Source: Acidimicrobiia bacterium
GTDB lineage: Bacteria > Actinomycetota > Acidimicrobiia > Acidimicrobiales > JANYDT01
DNA: 64,000 nt
NCBI GenBank assembly: GCA_031429095.1
Contig: JANOYY010000047.1
Span: 4,571-68,570 of the forward strand
Direction: 5' to 3'
In this document: positions 45,725 to 55,310 of the stretch, in pieces
How positions within the stretch are numbered: the stretch's first letter is position 1
Layout: every line of letters starts with the position of its first letter
The notes under the pieces: generated by a model
Database searches by the model: none
What the model was told of the DNA's origin: nothing
Seen by the model: only the letters and a program-made list of their open reading frames with translations
Translations under genes and position numbers: made by a program

Positions 45725-46645
45725 ATGGATCACGACCAAGAAGCTCAGCGCGCATATCTCAATGCGAACAGCGGGATCAAAGGACTCGAAATCCTTGACC
45801 CCTCGGAAGTGGAACGCGCAGTTCGGATCTTTCACCGCGATGGTTTCGTCATCGTACGCGACGCGCTCACCGCCGACCAGGTATCCTTCCTCAAAGCTGG
45901 CGTCGACGAAGCGGTGCGCGACATCATCGCCCTCGATCCTGACCGCAGCGGGAATCGCGGATCGCACCGCTATTCCTTCGGAGGGTCAAGCATGACCCGA
46001 AGCATGTTGCACTGTCCGGAATGGCAGATGCTGGTAGATCTCCCGACGGTGACACCGATCGTGACAGCCATCTTCCAATCATCGGACTACCTACTTCGCT
46101 CGGGCAGCGGCGACTTCTGCTTGCCGGGTGCAACGAAGTACCAGCCTCTACATTCCGATGTGGGGGACTATCGCGAGCGATCGGCGACACCGTTCAGCTC
46201 CTTTCATGATCCGCGCGGTCACTTGTCGACTAGAGATCTTCCGTGCCCATACGTTTGCGTGAACTTCCTTACGGTTGATTCCACCAGGTTGAATGGTCCG
46301 ACCCGTCAAATCCCCGGGTCGCAACATTCGCGTGCACCGTTCCCGACTTTGGCCGAAGAACCGGAGTGGATGCGGCTGAGCACCGTTTGCCCGGCGCCGG
46401 CCGGCTCAGTGCAGATTCGTGACGTTCGAGCATGGCACGGTGGCACGCCAAACGTGTCTGACCACGTACGTGCGATTCCAAACGTGGAGTTTTACGCGCC
46501 ATGGTTCCGCGAGCCGATCATCTCCGGCATTACCAAAGCTGATCGTCAGAAGTTGTCTCCATTTGCCCAACAGCTCACCCGCTACTGCGTGGCCGACTCT
46601 GCCGACGAGCTGCGTACCGGGTACACCTTGACGCCACCGCGATGA
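45725..46645 (+). CDS. phytanoyl-CoA dioxygenase (PhyH) family 2OG-Fe(II) oxygenase
   Basis: FHRDGFVIVRDALT, LHSDVGD (HxD) and a later WHGGTPN. 306 aa from ATG 45725, with a GAAGGAG SD upstream. Confidence 0.75.
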   Translation: MDHDQEAQRAYLNANSGIKGLEILDPSEVERAVRIFHRDGFVIVRDALTADQVSFLKAGVDEAVRDIIALDPDRSGNRGSHRYSFGGSSMTRSMLHCPEWQMLVDLPTVTPIVTAIFQSSDYLLRSGSGDFCLPGATKYQPLHSDVGDYRERSATPFSSFHDPRGHLSTRDLPCPYVCVNFLTVDSTRLNGPTRQIPGSQHSRAPFPTLAEEPEWMRLSTVCPAPAGSVQIRDVRAWHGGTPNVSDHVRAIPNVEFYAPWFREPIISGITKADRQKLSPFAQQLTRYCVADSADELRTGYTLTPPR

Positions 46646-46765
46646 CCATCGCGATGACGGACGCCGACGGAGCGTTGACGGACGCCGACGAGCGGGGGAA
46701 GCCCTCGTGCCCGCCAGATAAGCTTCAATTCTTTGGACCAGCGTGAAAGCACCGGAGGACGAGAC

Positions 46766-47743
46766 ATGACTGGTGGCCTGGTTGGCCTCTTGGACGACAT
46801 TGCGGCCCTGGCCAAATTGGCCGCGGCGTCGATCGATGATGTCGGTGCAGCCGCCGGGCGGGCCGGCGTCAAAGCGGCTGGGGTCGTCATCGACGACACG
46901 GCGGTCACGCCTGCCTACGTGCACGGCCTAACGGCCGATCGCGAGCTTCCGATCATCCGCAGGATTGCGATCGGCTCACTGAAGAACAAGCTCGTGTTCA
47001 TCCTCCCCGCTGCTCTTGTGCTCAGCGAGTTCGTCGCGATTCTCGTGGAAATAATCTTGATGATCGGCGGCGCATACCTTTGCTTCGAAGGAGCGGAGAA
47101 GGTGCACCATCGCTTCGGGAAGCACCACGATGATCCCGAGTTACCGGCCGCCGCTCTCGGAGAAGACGAAGAGGCGGCAACAATCTCTGGTGCGATCCGA
47201 ACCGACTTCATTTTGTCGGCGGAGATCATGGTGATCGCCCTTAAAGAAGTGCTCGACGAAGGGTTCGTTTCCCGAGCAGCGGTCTTAGCTGTCGTTGCCG
47301 TCGTCATCACGGCAGTTGTCTACGGCTTGGTTGCACTGATTGTGAAGATGGACGACGTGGGTCTGCTCATGACGCAGACGCGAAGTTCGTCGGCGAGAAG
47401 GATCGGCAGAGGCTTGGTGCTCGGCATGCCCAAACTGTTGGCGTTGCTCTCGACCGTTGGCACCGCAGCGATGATTTGGGTCGGCGGCCACATCTTATTG
47501 GTGGGTACCGATGAACTGGGGTGGCATGGTCCCTACAGGCTTGTGCATTCGCTCGAAGATTCGGTGCACGACGTCTCTGGCGTCGGAGGGATCCTCGCGT
47601 GGTTCGCAAACACACTTGCGTCAGCGGTCATCGGTCTGATCGTTGGTTTCGTAATCATTGCGATCGTTGCACGGCTTCCGATCGGAAAGGACTCGGGGAA
47701 GGAATCCGAAAAGGAGTCCAGCCTCGCCGACGCCGCGCACTAG
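46766..47743 (+). CDS. DUF808 (YedI-like) membrane protein
   Basis: MTGGLVGLLDDIAALAKLAAASIDDV N-terminus followed by several TM helices. Confidence 0.7.
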   Translation: MTGGLVGLLDDIAALAKLAAASIDDVGAAAGRAGVKAAGVVIDDTAVTPAYVHGLTADRELPIIRRIAIGSLKNKLVFILPAALVLSEFVAILVEIILMIGGAYLCFEGAEKVHHRFGKHHDDPELPAAALGEDEEAATISGAIRTDFILSAEIMVIALKEVLDEGFVSRAAVLAVVAVVITAVVYGLVALIVKMDDVGLLMTQTRSSSARRIGRGLVLGMPKLLALLSTVGTAAMIWVGGHILLVGTDELGWHGPYRLVHSLEDSVHDVSGVGGILAWFANTLASAVIGLIVGFVIIAIVARLPIGKDSGKESEKESSLADAAH

Positions 47744-47894
47744 TGCATCGCCGCAGAAAGGAGCGATACGACGCCGACCGCCGTTGCGCCCACGCCCGGG
47801 TCCAACCCCGTCGACTTAGGAACGAACGGTCCGGCTTCGGCCTCATCGAGGAACTGAGAGTGCCCTCTCGCCAGCGGGGAGGTAGGTTGTCGAA

Positions 47895-48545
47895 ATGGCA
47901 CGACCCCTTGTTTCTCTGACGTTTGACAACGGACCTTTTGTCGGCGTGACCGAGCGAGTTCTCGACGAACTCGAACGGCGGAAAATCCTGGCCGCATTCT
48001 TTGTGGTCGGCCGATCGCTCGCCCGTCCCGGGGCACGTGCCCTATGTGAACGTATGATTTCCAGCGGCCACCTTGTCGGCAATCACAGTGCGACCCATTC
48101 GATTGCCCTCGGCGAGCTCGAAGACCCGAAAGCTATCGACGCCGAAATCGACGACTGCGAACGTTTGCTCGATGGTCTTCGTAACACGCCGCCGTTGTTT
48201 CGTCCCTTCGGCAACGGCGGTGCGCTCGATCCTCGGCTGCTGAGCCGCCATGCGGTGCAGCGACTCAACGATGGCGGCTATCGGACCGTGCTGTGGAATT
48301 CGGTGCCTCACGATTGGGACGACCCCATCGGGTGGGTCGACACTGCGATCGAGCAGGTGAGGTCGACGCCGCACACGGTCATGGTGCTTCACGACACGCC
48401 GGGTGCCTGCGTCGATCGACTACCGGAATTGCTCGATCGTCTGGAGGCGCTGGCGGTTCGCTTCACTCAGGAGATTCCCGATGATTGTCTCGCCACCAAT
48501 AGCGGCATAAGCACGCCTTTCCTCGACGCGCTCCTGCAGGGCTAG
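47895..48545 (+). CDS. polysaccharide deacetylase (NodB homology) family protein
   Basis: TFDNGP and NHSATH motifs; 216 aa. Confidence 0.8.
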   Translation: MARPLVSLTFDNGPFVGVTERVLDELERRKILAAFFVVGRSLARPGARALCERMISSGHLVGNHSATHSIALGELEDPKAIDAEIDDCERLLDGLRNTPPLFRPFGNGGALDPRLLSRHAVQRLNDGGYRTVLWNSVPHDWDDPIGWVDTAIEQVRSTPHTVMVLHDTPGACVDRLPELLDRLEALAVRFTQEIPDDCLATNSGISTPFLDALLQG

Positions 48546-48555
48546 AGCCCGCAAT

Positions 48556-49089
48556 TCAGCGGTACATGTTGTTGCTGGTGTGGTCTCCGGCGAGCCAACG
48601 CTTGAGCGTCTCGTGCGCATCAGACGATCGCAGTTCGGCGATCTCGTCGACCTCAGGGACATCGACAGTGAACTCGAGCACCATGCCGTTGGGGTCTTCC
48701 GTATAGAGCGAGCGGCAATATCCATGCTCGAGCACGAAAGTGCCCCCGGGCTTCCAGTTGGCGACCTTCAGACGGCGTTCCAACTCGACCTGGCCGTCGG
48801 CATCGACCTTCAACGCGATGTGACGGAACGGCGAGGGTGTGAGGGCGGGATCGAAAAGATCTTGGTCCTCCTTGTCGGCGAACTGGAAGAAGGCCAGCGC
48901 GCCACCGTCGGCCAGGCCGAAGAACGTGTGGCAATACACGCGCACGGCACCGAAGAGCTCGTCAGCTTCTGCCCAGGTGGCCAACAACGGGAAGCCGAGC
49001 ACGTCTTCGTAGAATGCCCGGGTCGCTTCCTGATCCTTGGTGAGAAACGCCGTGTGATGAAGGCGCAGGGCGAGCGGTGCTTTGGTCAT
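48556..49089 (-). CDS. VOC (glyoxalase/bleomycin-resistance/extradiol dioxygenase) family protein
   Basis: LHHTAFLTKDQEATRAFYEDVLGF and FRHIALKVD; two beta-alpha-beta-beta-beta modules. Confidence 0.75.
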   Translation of the reverse strand: MTKAPLALRLHHTAFLTKDQEATRAFYEDVLGFPLLATWAEADELFGAVRVYCHTFFGLADGGALAFFQFADKEDQDLFDPALTPSPFRHIALKVDADGQVELERRLKVANWKPGGTFVLEHGYCRSLYTEDPNGMVLEFTVDVPEVDEIAELRSSDAHETLKRWLAGDHTSNNMYR

Positions 49090-49262
49090 CGTTTCTCTTC
49101 TCAGGGGCGGTCGTCACGTGGACGAGTTCTCGGTTCCCCAACGATGGCCGATCAACGCCTCGTTGGCAAATGTCGCAATCGATCCACGTTTGGGCGTCGA
49201 CCGTTGTCCGTTCGAAGTTGTTCTAGCTTGTCCCTGGGCAAACGACGGAAACGTTTGGCGCC

Positions 49263-49595
49263 ATGCTCAGGCGCTTGCGAACCAAGGCTGGGCTCACCAA
49301 GGAACGGCTCGCCGAACGTTCGACAATCAGTACAAATGGCGTCGCTGCGCTTGAGGCCGGACGTCGCAAAACGCCACGTCTGACCACCGCCGGGCTCCTG
49401 TGCGACGCCCTGCAACTCGCTGTCGGCGAACGAGCCGCGCTCATCGCGGCAGCGAGGAATGCCGACGAAGAGCCATCAGCCCAACCTGGCTCAATCTCAA
49501 CTGACCACTTCGACGGTTCCCTCACCGAACCACTACGACCTGCTGAGCGTTCGTTTGTCGGCCGCATCGAAGCGCGATGGACACTGGGGCGTTAG
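49263..49595 (+). CDS. XRE-type HTH protein, probably the 5' remnant of a large HTH-ATPase regulator
   Basis: LRRLRTKAGLTKERLAERSTISTNGVAALEAG is an HTH_3/31-like motif. The ORF ends 9 codons after SFVGR, the motif that normally opens the AAA/NB-ARC ATPase module of such regulators. Its stop overlaps the convergent surface-protein gene. Confidence 0.6.
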   Translation: MLRRLRTKAGLTKERLAERSTISTNGVAALEAGRRKTPRLTTAGLLCDALQLAVGERAALIAAARNADEEPSAQPGSISTDHFDGSLTEPLRPAERSFVGRIEARWTLGR

Positions 49596-50395
49596 CTGTT
49601 GATGGTGAGTGTGGTCGGGAGCGAAGTGATGAATCGGTTGTCGGGGAAGCAGTACGCGCCACATCCAAGCTCGGGCGTTCGGGTTGCTGTGACGCTGAAG
49701 CCCAGGGTTGTGCCCGGAACTGGTCGGGCAAAGGTGGCAGTCAGCGGATCGGTTGTCGTGCAGTACGCGCCGCTGCAGATGCCTGTTTGGATGGGCGTTC
49801 CTCCGTTCAACGAATAGTCGTAGCGGACGGCTGTCGGTACTGCGTCCCAGCGGACCGTCAGCGTTGAAGCGGTCGAGGCCACGACGCGCACATTCGTAGG
49901 CGACGTAGGGCGCAGCGAATCGAACGTCGGCGTGTGGAAGTTGAACTGGACCCATGGTGACGTGAGGAACGACGATGTCGAAGCGATCCAGATCTTGTTG
50001 CGATATCGGATGGTGTAGTCGCTGTTCTCCACCAGGCGGAGAAATGCGAGCGTCCCGTTATCGCCGACGGTGATGATCGCCGGCCCTCCGACGGTCTGTC
50101 CACTTAGCAGTTCGGCGTCACCGAGTTGCGTGGCGGGGGAAACCTTGATCTGGAAGTTGTCGGGAACGTTCGAGATCACCGAGATGGAACTCGGCGTAGG
50201 CACCGAAGTCGGAACGACAGTTGTTGTTGTGACGGGCGGGCGGGTGGTCGTGGTCGTCGTGGTCGTCGTTGTCGTCGGACGGAGGCGCTGTTGCGCTCCC
50301 GCCGGGCTCACCGTCGCGAATGCGAATGCGGTGGCGGTGCTTGACAGCACGACGGCAGCCGAAAGGGGGACGTGCTTCAATTGCGATATACGCAT
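49592..50395 (-). CDS. secreted Thr-rich protein with fibronectin-type-III-like domain
   Basis: GAGGAG SD and signal peptide (VPLSAAVVLSSTATAFAFATVSPAGAQ). Contains a run of 11 Thr and PTNVRVVASTASTLTVRWDAVPTAVRYDY (FN3-like). Confidence 0.65.
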   Translation of the reverse strand: MRISQLKHVPLSAAVVLSSTATAFAFATVSPAGAQQRLRPTTTTTTTTTTTRPPVTTTTVVPTSVPTPSSISVISNVPDNFQIKVSPATQLGDAELLSGQTVGGPAIITVGDNGTLAFLRLVENSDYTIRYRNKIWIASTSSFLTSPWVQFNFHTPTFDSLRPTSPTNVRVVASTASTLTVRWDAVPTAVRYDYSLNGGTPIQTGICSGAYCTTTDPLTATFARPVPGTTLGFSVTATRTPELGCGAYCFPDNRFITSLPTTLTINS

Positions 50396-50570
50396 ACGAT
50401 CTCCTCTGTCGATCGGCGGACGCGCGATCGAACGAGCTAGAACCTAAGCGCCGTCGAATATTGCACTTCTGATGCATTAACAGGTCCGCCACAGGGACTT
50501 AGGATGGTCACAGGTGGCGAAGATCTGGTTCGTTATCAATCGGCTACTGGACCCGACGCGCGTCTACCGG

Positions 50571-52931
50571 CTACTTTGGGAATGGTGGGACGAGGCACGT
50601 GACGGAGACCTCGACTCCCTTTTCGTCAACAAAGAATGCTTTGGCGTCTCCTCGTGCACGAATCTCGAAGTCGACGGCCGTTGCGTTCGCGCCGCTTCCG
50701 TTGTTACCTGCCATCGGGGCGATCGTCGGCGTCGCGCCGTTGGCTTCCACCCACTTGATCCGCGTGCCGTTCGCAAATGGTCCAAAGACTGCGCTCGAAC
50801 CGGTATCACGAATACGGACGAGTTCGCCGGCGTACCCGGGAAGCATGGCGAACTGGTAGAACCCGTCCTGGTTTTGACCTTGAACGCCGTTTCCCGGCGC
50901 CTGTGGCTGCTTCTGTCCTTTCGGGTTCACGGTCGGAAGGCAGGTTGGCACGCTCCAGTGGTCGACGACGATCTTCGGTACGTCGGCGGGGTGGGGGTCG
51001 CCGCGGTCAAGGATCGGATTCACGTCGGCTGACGCCGTGAACGGGTGCAACGTTGTGCTGCCAGGGGGACAGTTCATCAGCCAGGTGAAACGTGCCGTTC
51101 GAACCAGCGCGTCGTTCAACGTGACTTCGGAAAATTGGCGATTCGACGGGACTGTCGTGCACGCCCCGAGACCGTCGATTTCCGCCCACACGGTCGACAG
51201 AACCTCGGGAGCGGGGCCGGTCTTCTGGTACTTCAGGTCCGTCGTGCAAGTGAATGTCGAGACGCCGACAGACTCGTTACACGTCAGGTGGAGATCCACG
51301 ACCGCCATTGAAGCGTCGTGGAAAACTTCGACGGTGTCGGCGATTGAGGTCGCCTGATCGTCGGTCGAATTGTCGTCGAAAACGTGCGGGTCGGAAGGCT
51401 TCACCGTCGCATGAGTTGTCACGTCGTGGAACGACCGATGCGAGCACGTCACGGTGAACGGTGTGGTCAAGGTGAGTGATCCACCCGGCTCTAGCGGATC
51501 CGTCACGAGACGCCGCTTCGGTTCACTCGCCACGCAGTCCGATGGAACGGTGTGGCGCACGTCGACGTCTGCTCCGACTTCCGGAAACAGGCTGTTCGAA
51601 ACAACGAACGTACCTGTGCACGCCACTGGGACACCGACGTTGGTGCGAGGGCCGCACGTCACGGCTGCGGACACGCCAAAGTTGGTTTTTGCGTGGACCG
51701 CTCTATCGAGGCCAATGGATTTTTTGTTGTTCGATGGGTTCGGGTCCGAAATGTCACCTCGCGTGATTCGGAGATCGTCATCGAAACGGAAAGAATGGTT
51801 CGACGGACGACTACAGGTCACGGAGTACGTGAGCGACCGCGTCACGCGAACACCTCGCCGCAGGGTCGTGACAAACGACCTTCGGGAGGGCAAAGAAACG
51901 CAATCAGTATTGAGCAACACGATGTCGAGATCGTCTTGGACCGGTACTTGTTCGGATGGACCGTTGTTCTGCACGGTGACCTCCACGGTGACGTCGCTGG
52001 GGACATTCGCAACGAAGTTCGGCGGCGCGCTGACGATGGCCATGGAAATCTTCGCCACGTCAGCAGTTGTTTGGGCGTTGCCAAAATCGTGACGGTATTT
52101 GTGGTCACCGCCGCCAAATTCGACGTTGATGTTGTATGCGGCCGGCGTGTAGCTGGCCCAGCCAGTTTGCGCGATCTCCTCGACCCGGTACTCACCTGGT
52201 CCGTGACCGTCGAGCGCGAAGTCGTAGCGACCCGACGCGTCCGTTGACACAACGCCGAGTTCACCGAGGCTCTGCCCTACGGTGCTGGACAAGCGACTCA
52301 CCCGGAAGGACCAACCCGAAAGCATGGGCTCGCCGCTGTCTTGGTTGCCATCTCGGTTGTCGTCGCGAAATTTGTAACCTTCGAGGCGCGGCACGGGCTT
52401 CGGCCGTTCGTTCACGTCGAGCCAGTTCCCACAACCTTTTGCGATCCAGACACCACCGTAGGAAAAGACCGACAATGTGATCTCGGATGCCCAGCCGAAG
52501 GCACGCAAAACAGGTCCGCGATCGACCGGGTGAGGCACGCCGTAGAAGTCCGCTGCGATCTTGTCCCTAGGACATTCGTTTCCCTCGCCAGGGACAACGT
52601 TGCAACCTGTCCAGCGTGTGTTGTTGGCGGGTATCTCGGTCTTTTTGATCGTGACTTGGGTCTCGTCGGAATACCACAGGAAATTCGGCGTGAACATCGC
52701 CTTTTCCGTATACAACGTCTGGTGTTGGAGCAAGACAGCCCGGCTCACGAGATTGCCCTTACCCGGATCGACGACGAAATCGCGACACACCGGATCCCAA
52801 TCCTTGATGTCGTCGCCCGAGTCGTGGGGATGACAGCCCGGCGAATGGGCGGACGCGGGACCGCTTGGTACCGCCGTACTTAGTCCTGCAGCAGCAACTG
52901 CAGTTGCCAAAAGGATCCGAACTCGCCGCAT
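50571..52931 (-). CDS. large secreted multidomain surface protein (SdrD-B/CNA-B-like plus DUF11/CARDB-like repeats)
   Basis: Starts at ATG 52931 with a strong GGAGGA SD: MRRVRILLATAVAAAGLSTAVPSGPASAHS. YKFRDDNRDGNQDSGEPMLSGWSFRV...GEYRVEEIAQTGW is SdrD-B-like. It is followed by repeated modules with DPNPSNN-type motifs. Confidence 0.7.
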   Translation of the reverse strand: MRRVRILLATAVAAAGLSTAVPSGPASAHSPGCHPHDSGDDIKDWDPVCRDFVVDPGKGNLVSRAVLLQHQTLYTEKAMFTPNFLWYSDETQVTIKKTEIPANNTRWTGCNVVPGEGNECPRDKIAADFYGVPHPVDRGPVLRAFGWASEITLSVFSYGGVWIAKGCGNWLDVNERPKPVPRLEGYKFRDDNRDGNQDSGEPMLSGWSFRVSRLSSTVGQSLGELGVVSTDASGRYDFALDGHGPGEYRVEEIAQTGWASYTPAAYNINVEFGGGDHKYRHDFGNAQTTADVAKISMAIVSAPPNFVANVPSDVTVEVTVQNNGPSEQVPVQDDLDIVLLNTDCVSLPSRRSFVTTLRRGVRVTRSLTYSVTCSRPSNHSFRFDDDLRITRGDISDPNPSNNKKSIGLDRAVHAKTNFGVSAAVTCGPRTNVGVPVACTGTFVVSNSLFPEVGADVDVRHTVPSDCVASEPKRRLVTDPLEPGGSLTLTTPFTVTCSHRSFHDVTTHATVKPSDPHVFDDNSTDDQATSIADTVEVFHDASMAVVDLHLTCNESVGVSTFTCTTDLKYQKTGPAPEVLSTVWAEIDGLGACTTVPSNRQFSEVTLNDALVRTARFTWLMNCPPGSTTLHPFTASADVNPILDRGDPHPADVPKIVVDHWSVPTCLPTVNPKGQKQPQAPGNGVQGQNQDGFYQFAMLPGYAGELVRIRDTGSSAVFGPFANGTRIKWVEANGATPTIAPMAGNNGSGANATAVDFEIRARGDAKAFFVDEKGVEVSVTCLVPPFPK

Positions 52932-53007
52932 ATTTTCCTCCGTACGCGGAATTGTCATACCGTCCGCAGTTGCAACGTATCATCCAACACGGATCCCGGG
53001 AAAAGGT

Positions 53008-53039
53008 GTAGTGGGTCAGTTCTCAAACTGACCCACTAC
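53008..53039. other. perfect 12-bp stem / 8-nt loop inverted repeat (GTAGTGGGTCAG-TTCTCAAA-CTGACCCACTAC)
   Basis: Read directly. It lies in the divergent intergenic region between the 795-aa surface-protein gene and the metalloprotease pseudogene. Confidence 0.4.
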
Positions 53040-53117
53040 CGGAAAATTCGCCCCGACTGAGTCGTACAAACTCACCCTTTGTGAGAAATTGGATGTGGAA
53101 TCACCAATAGTGGTGAG

Positions 53118-54794
53118 TTGTGGCGTGGCGACGATTTCGAAAGACAAACTGGGCGCCTCTCTCGATCTCTTGCTGTGTGTATTGCCGTATCTGCTTCCGT
53201 AGGTACGCTTACCGCTGTGACAAGCCTGGAAGGGCTTGGAGTCGCAGTTGCTGCGTCGAGTTCCTCGCCTCGGCTGGTGCCCAAGCCAGTTCATCCGGGC
53301 TCCGTGGCTGGTGAGGCAGCAATTCAGCGCTCCGGCTCGCGCATCAATTTGATGGCGGCGTTGAGTAGCTGGAATGGTGCCCAGCTGACCCGGGTGCTGC
53401 GCGCCGACCCCCACGCTCGCCTCGACGCAGCCGACCTCGCCTTCTACGTCGAGCCAACAGCTACGGCGACGGGCTCGGAGTCGCTGCACTTCACCATTCC
53501 GGGCACCGTCACCGCAAGGCCGAGGTCTTTTCGCGTCATTCGCTCCCCGGTACCACGCTGACGATCTACCTCGAAGTCGACGGAGCGGAAACGTCGGGGA
53601 CCCAGTGGAAACTCCTCCTACAGCCTTGCAACCTTTAACTCGTCGCCGTTTGATCTAGACGGATCGCCGAGCACCTGGAAAAACACCGAGCTTCTCGCCA
53701 TAGAGGCATCTGGCGGTCAGTCGCCGAGGACTTCGCACCCTTCCAGGTCGATGTCACGACGCAGGACCCGGGGATCGAAGCTCTGCGGAAGACGTCGAGT
53801 TCGCACGCCGCGTACGGCATACGGGTCATGATCTCGCCGACGAACTGGTACAACGCCGGTGCTGGCGGCATGGCCTACATCGGATCGTTCTCGTGGGGTT
53901 CGGACACCCCTGCGTGGGTCTTCACCCAGCAACCTTCCAACGGCACAAAGTACATCGCCGAGGCAGCTTCGCACGAGACGGGCCATAACCTGGGGCTCGC
54001 ACATGACGGCAAGGGTACGGCCAGCTACTACACCGGGACGAGCGGTTGGGCCGCGATCATGGGCGTCGGGTACTACCAGCCGCTCGTGCACTGGAGCAAG
54101 GGCGAGTACACAGGTGCTACCTCGACGCAGGACGACATGTCAATCATCCAGGGCTACGTTCCGGGACGCGTCGACGACGTGTCGGACTCGACCACGGCAG
54201 CCGTTGCGCTACCGCTTCCGGCGGACACGGTCGGCCTCGTTTCGACACGAGTCGACGTAGACACCCATCGCATCGTCCTACCCGCCGGCGACGTGAGCCT
54301 GGACGCACGGCCGAGTGCCGTGTCCCCGAATCTCGACCTCAAGCTCCAGGAGCTCGCCTCCGACGGCTCAGTCTTCGCGCGCTCGAACCCGCCGGGGTGG
54401 ATGCTCCTGCCCTGAACCTGAACGTCGCAGCGGGAACCTACTTCGTGCGCATCGACGGCGTTGGCGCAGGGGACCCGTCCAACACGGGCTACTCCGACTT
54501 CGCCAGTCTCGGCTGGTACCGCCTGACGGTGTCATCGGGCTCTTCGTCGACGAGTACCACGACCCCTGTGACCTCCACGACCGCTGCACCCACCACCACG
54601 ACGACCACACCAACGACGACGACTTCCTCAACCAGGACGGCACCAACCACGACCACGTCGACTCCAACCACGACCACAGTGGTGCCGACGACGGTTCGCA
54701 TCGCGAGCGTCGCTGGGCGCGCAGGTGCCACCTCCGGAACTGCTCAGGCTAAGGTTGAGCTCGTGGACGGCAACGGCGAGCCGGTCGTGGAGCC
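53118..54794 (+). pseudogene. reprolysin-like zinc metalloprotease with PPC domain and Thr-rich linker, disrupted by at least four frameshifts
   Basis: Pieces lie in different frames. A signal-like N-terminus runs 53118-53520. KAEVFSRHSLPGTTLTIYLEVDGAETSGTQW comes next. NSSYSLATFNSSPFDLDGSPSTW..ELLAIEA follows. The catalytic piece is IWRSVAEDFAPFQVDVTT...GGMAYIGSFSWG...AASHETGHNLGLAHD (HExxHxxGxxHD). The last piece is LNLNVAAGTYFVRIDGVGAGD...WYRLTV (PPC) plus the T-rich linker. Confidence 0.75.
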
Positions 54795-55190
54795 GTGGGT
54801 ACGCCCGACGGGCTCGAGCGTGGCGCCGGTGCCGCCACATGGTTGCGCACGTTTGTCGCCGCTGCACACAGATCGTGCAACGACGCCACGGTCTACGCGG
54901 ACAAGATCGGCGCGCTCGATGCGCGATGGCGCGAACAATTCGGTCGGGTGCGAGCCAACTCGGCGGTAGAGCTTCTCCTCGACCTCTACCCGGAGTTCCG
55001 GTGATCACCGTCGAAAGTGCGGCGCGATTGATAGGCCGGTCCGAGATACGCAGTGGTGAAGCCATGAATCGCCTCGAAGCCGCCGGGATTTTGCGTCAAC
55101 GCAATGTCGGCAGACAGCGCTACCGGGTCTTCGAAGCAGCGGACGTTGTCGACCTGTTAACCGGCCTCGAACGAGCTCTCGCCAGTCCGA
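54795..55190 (+). pseudogene. Fic-family protein C-terminal fragment (winged-helix tail only), frameshifted
   Basis: ATWLRTFVAAAHRSCNDATVYADKIGALDARWREQFGRVRANSAVELLLDLYPEF is followed, after a frame change at 55003, by PVITVESAARLIGRSEIRSGEAMNRLEAAGILRQRNVGRQRYRVFEAADVVDLL. This is the usual C-terminal region of Fic proteins. No HPFxxGNGR core is present upstream. Confidence 0.5.
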
Positions 55191-55310
55191 GTGGCGACAC
55201 GCCACGGCACCACCGAGCCGTCGCGTTCCGCGTCGGCTGCCGTACGGCTGAGATGGATTCAGACGCCGTGTTACTTCGTACGCTTATCTTCTTGTCGCAG
55301 GCATCCTGGG

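Noticed and set aside
50225-50285. GC-rich low-complexity DNA (also about 54540-54700 and 25960-26030)
   Set aside because: These are coding Thr-rich or Pro/Thr/Ala linkers of secreted proteins, not independent DNA-level repeat elements.
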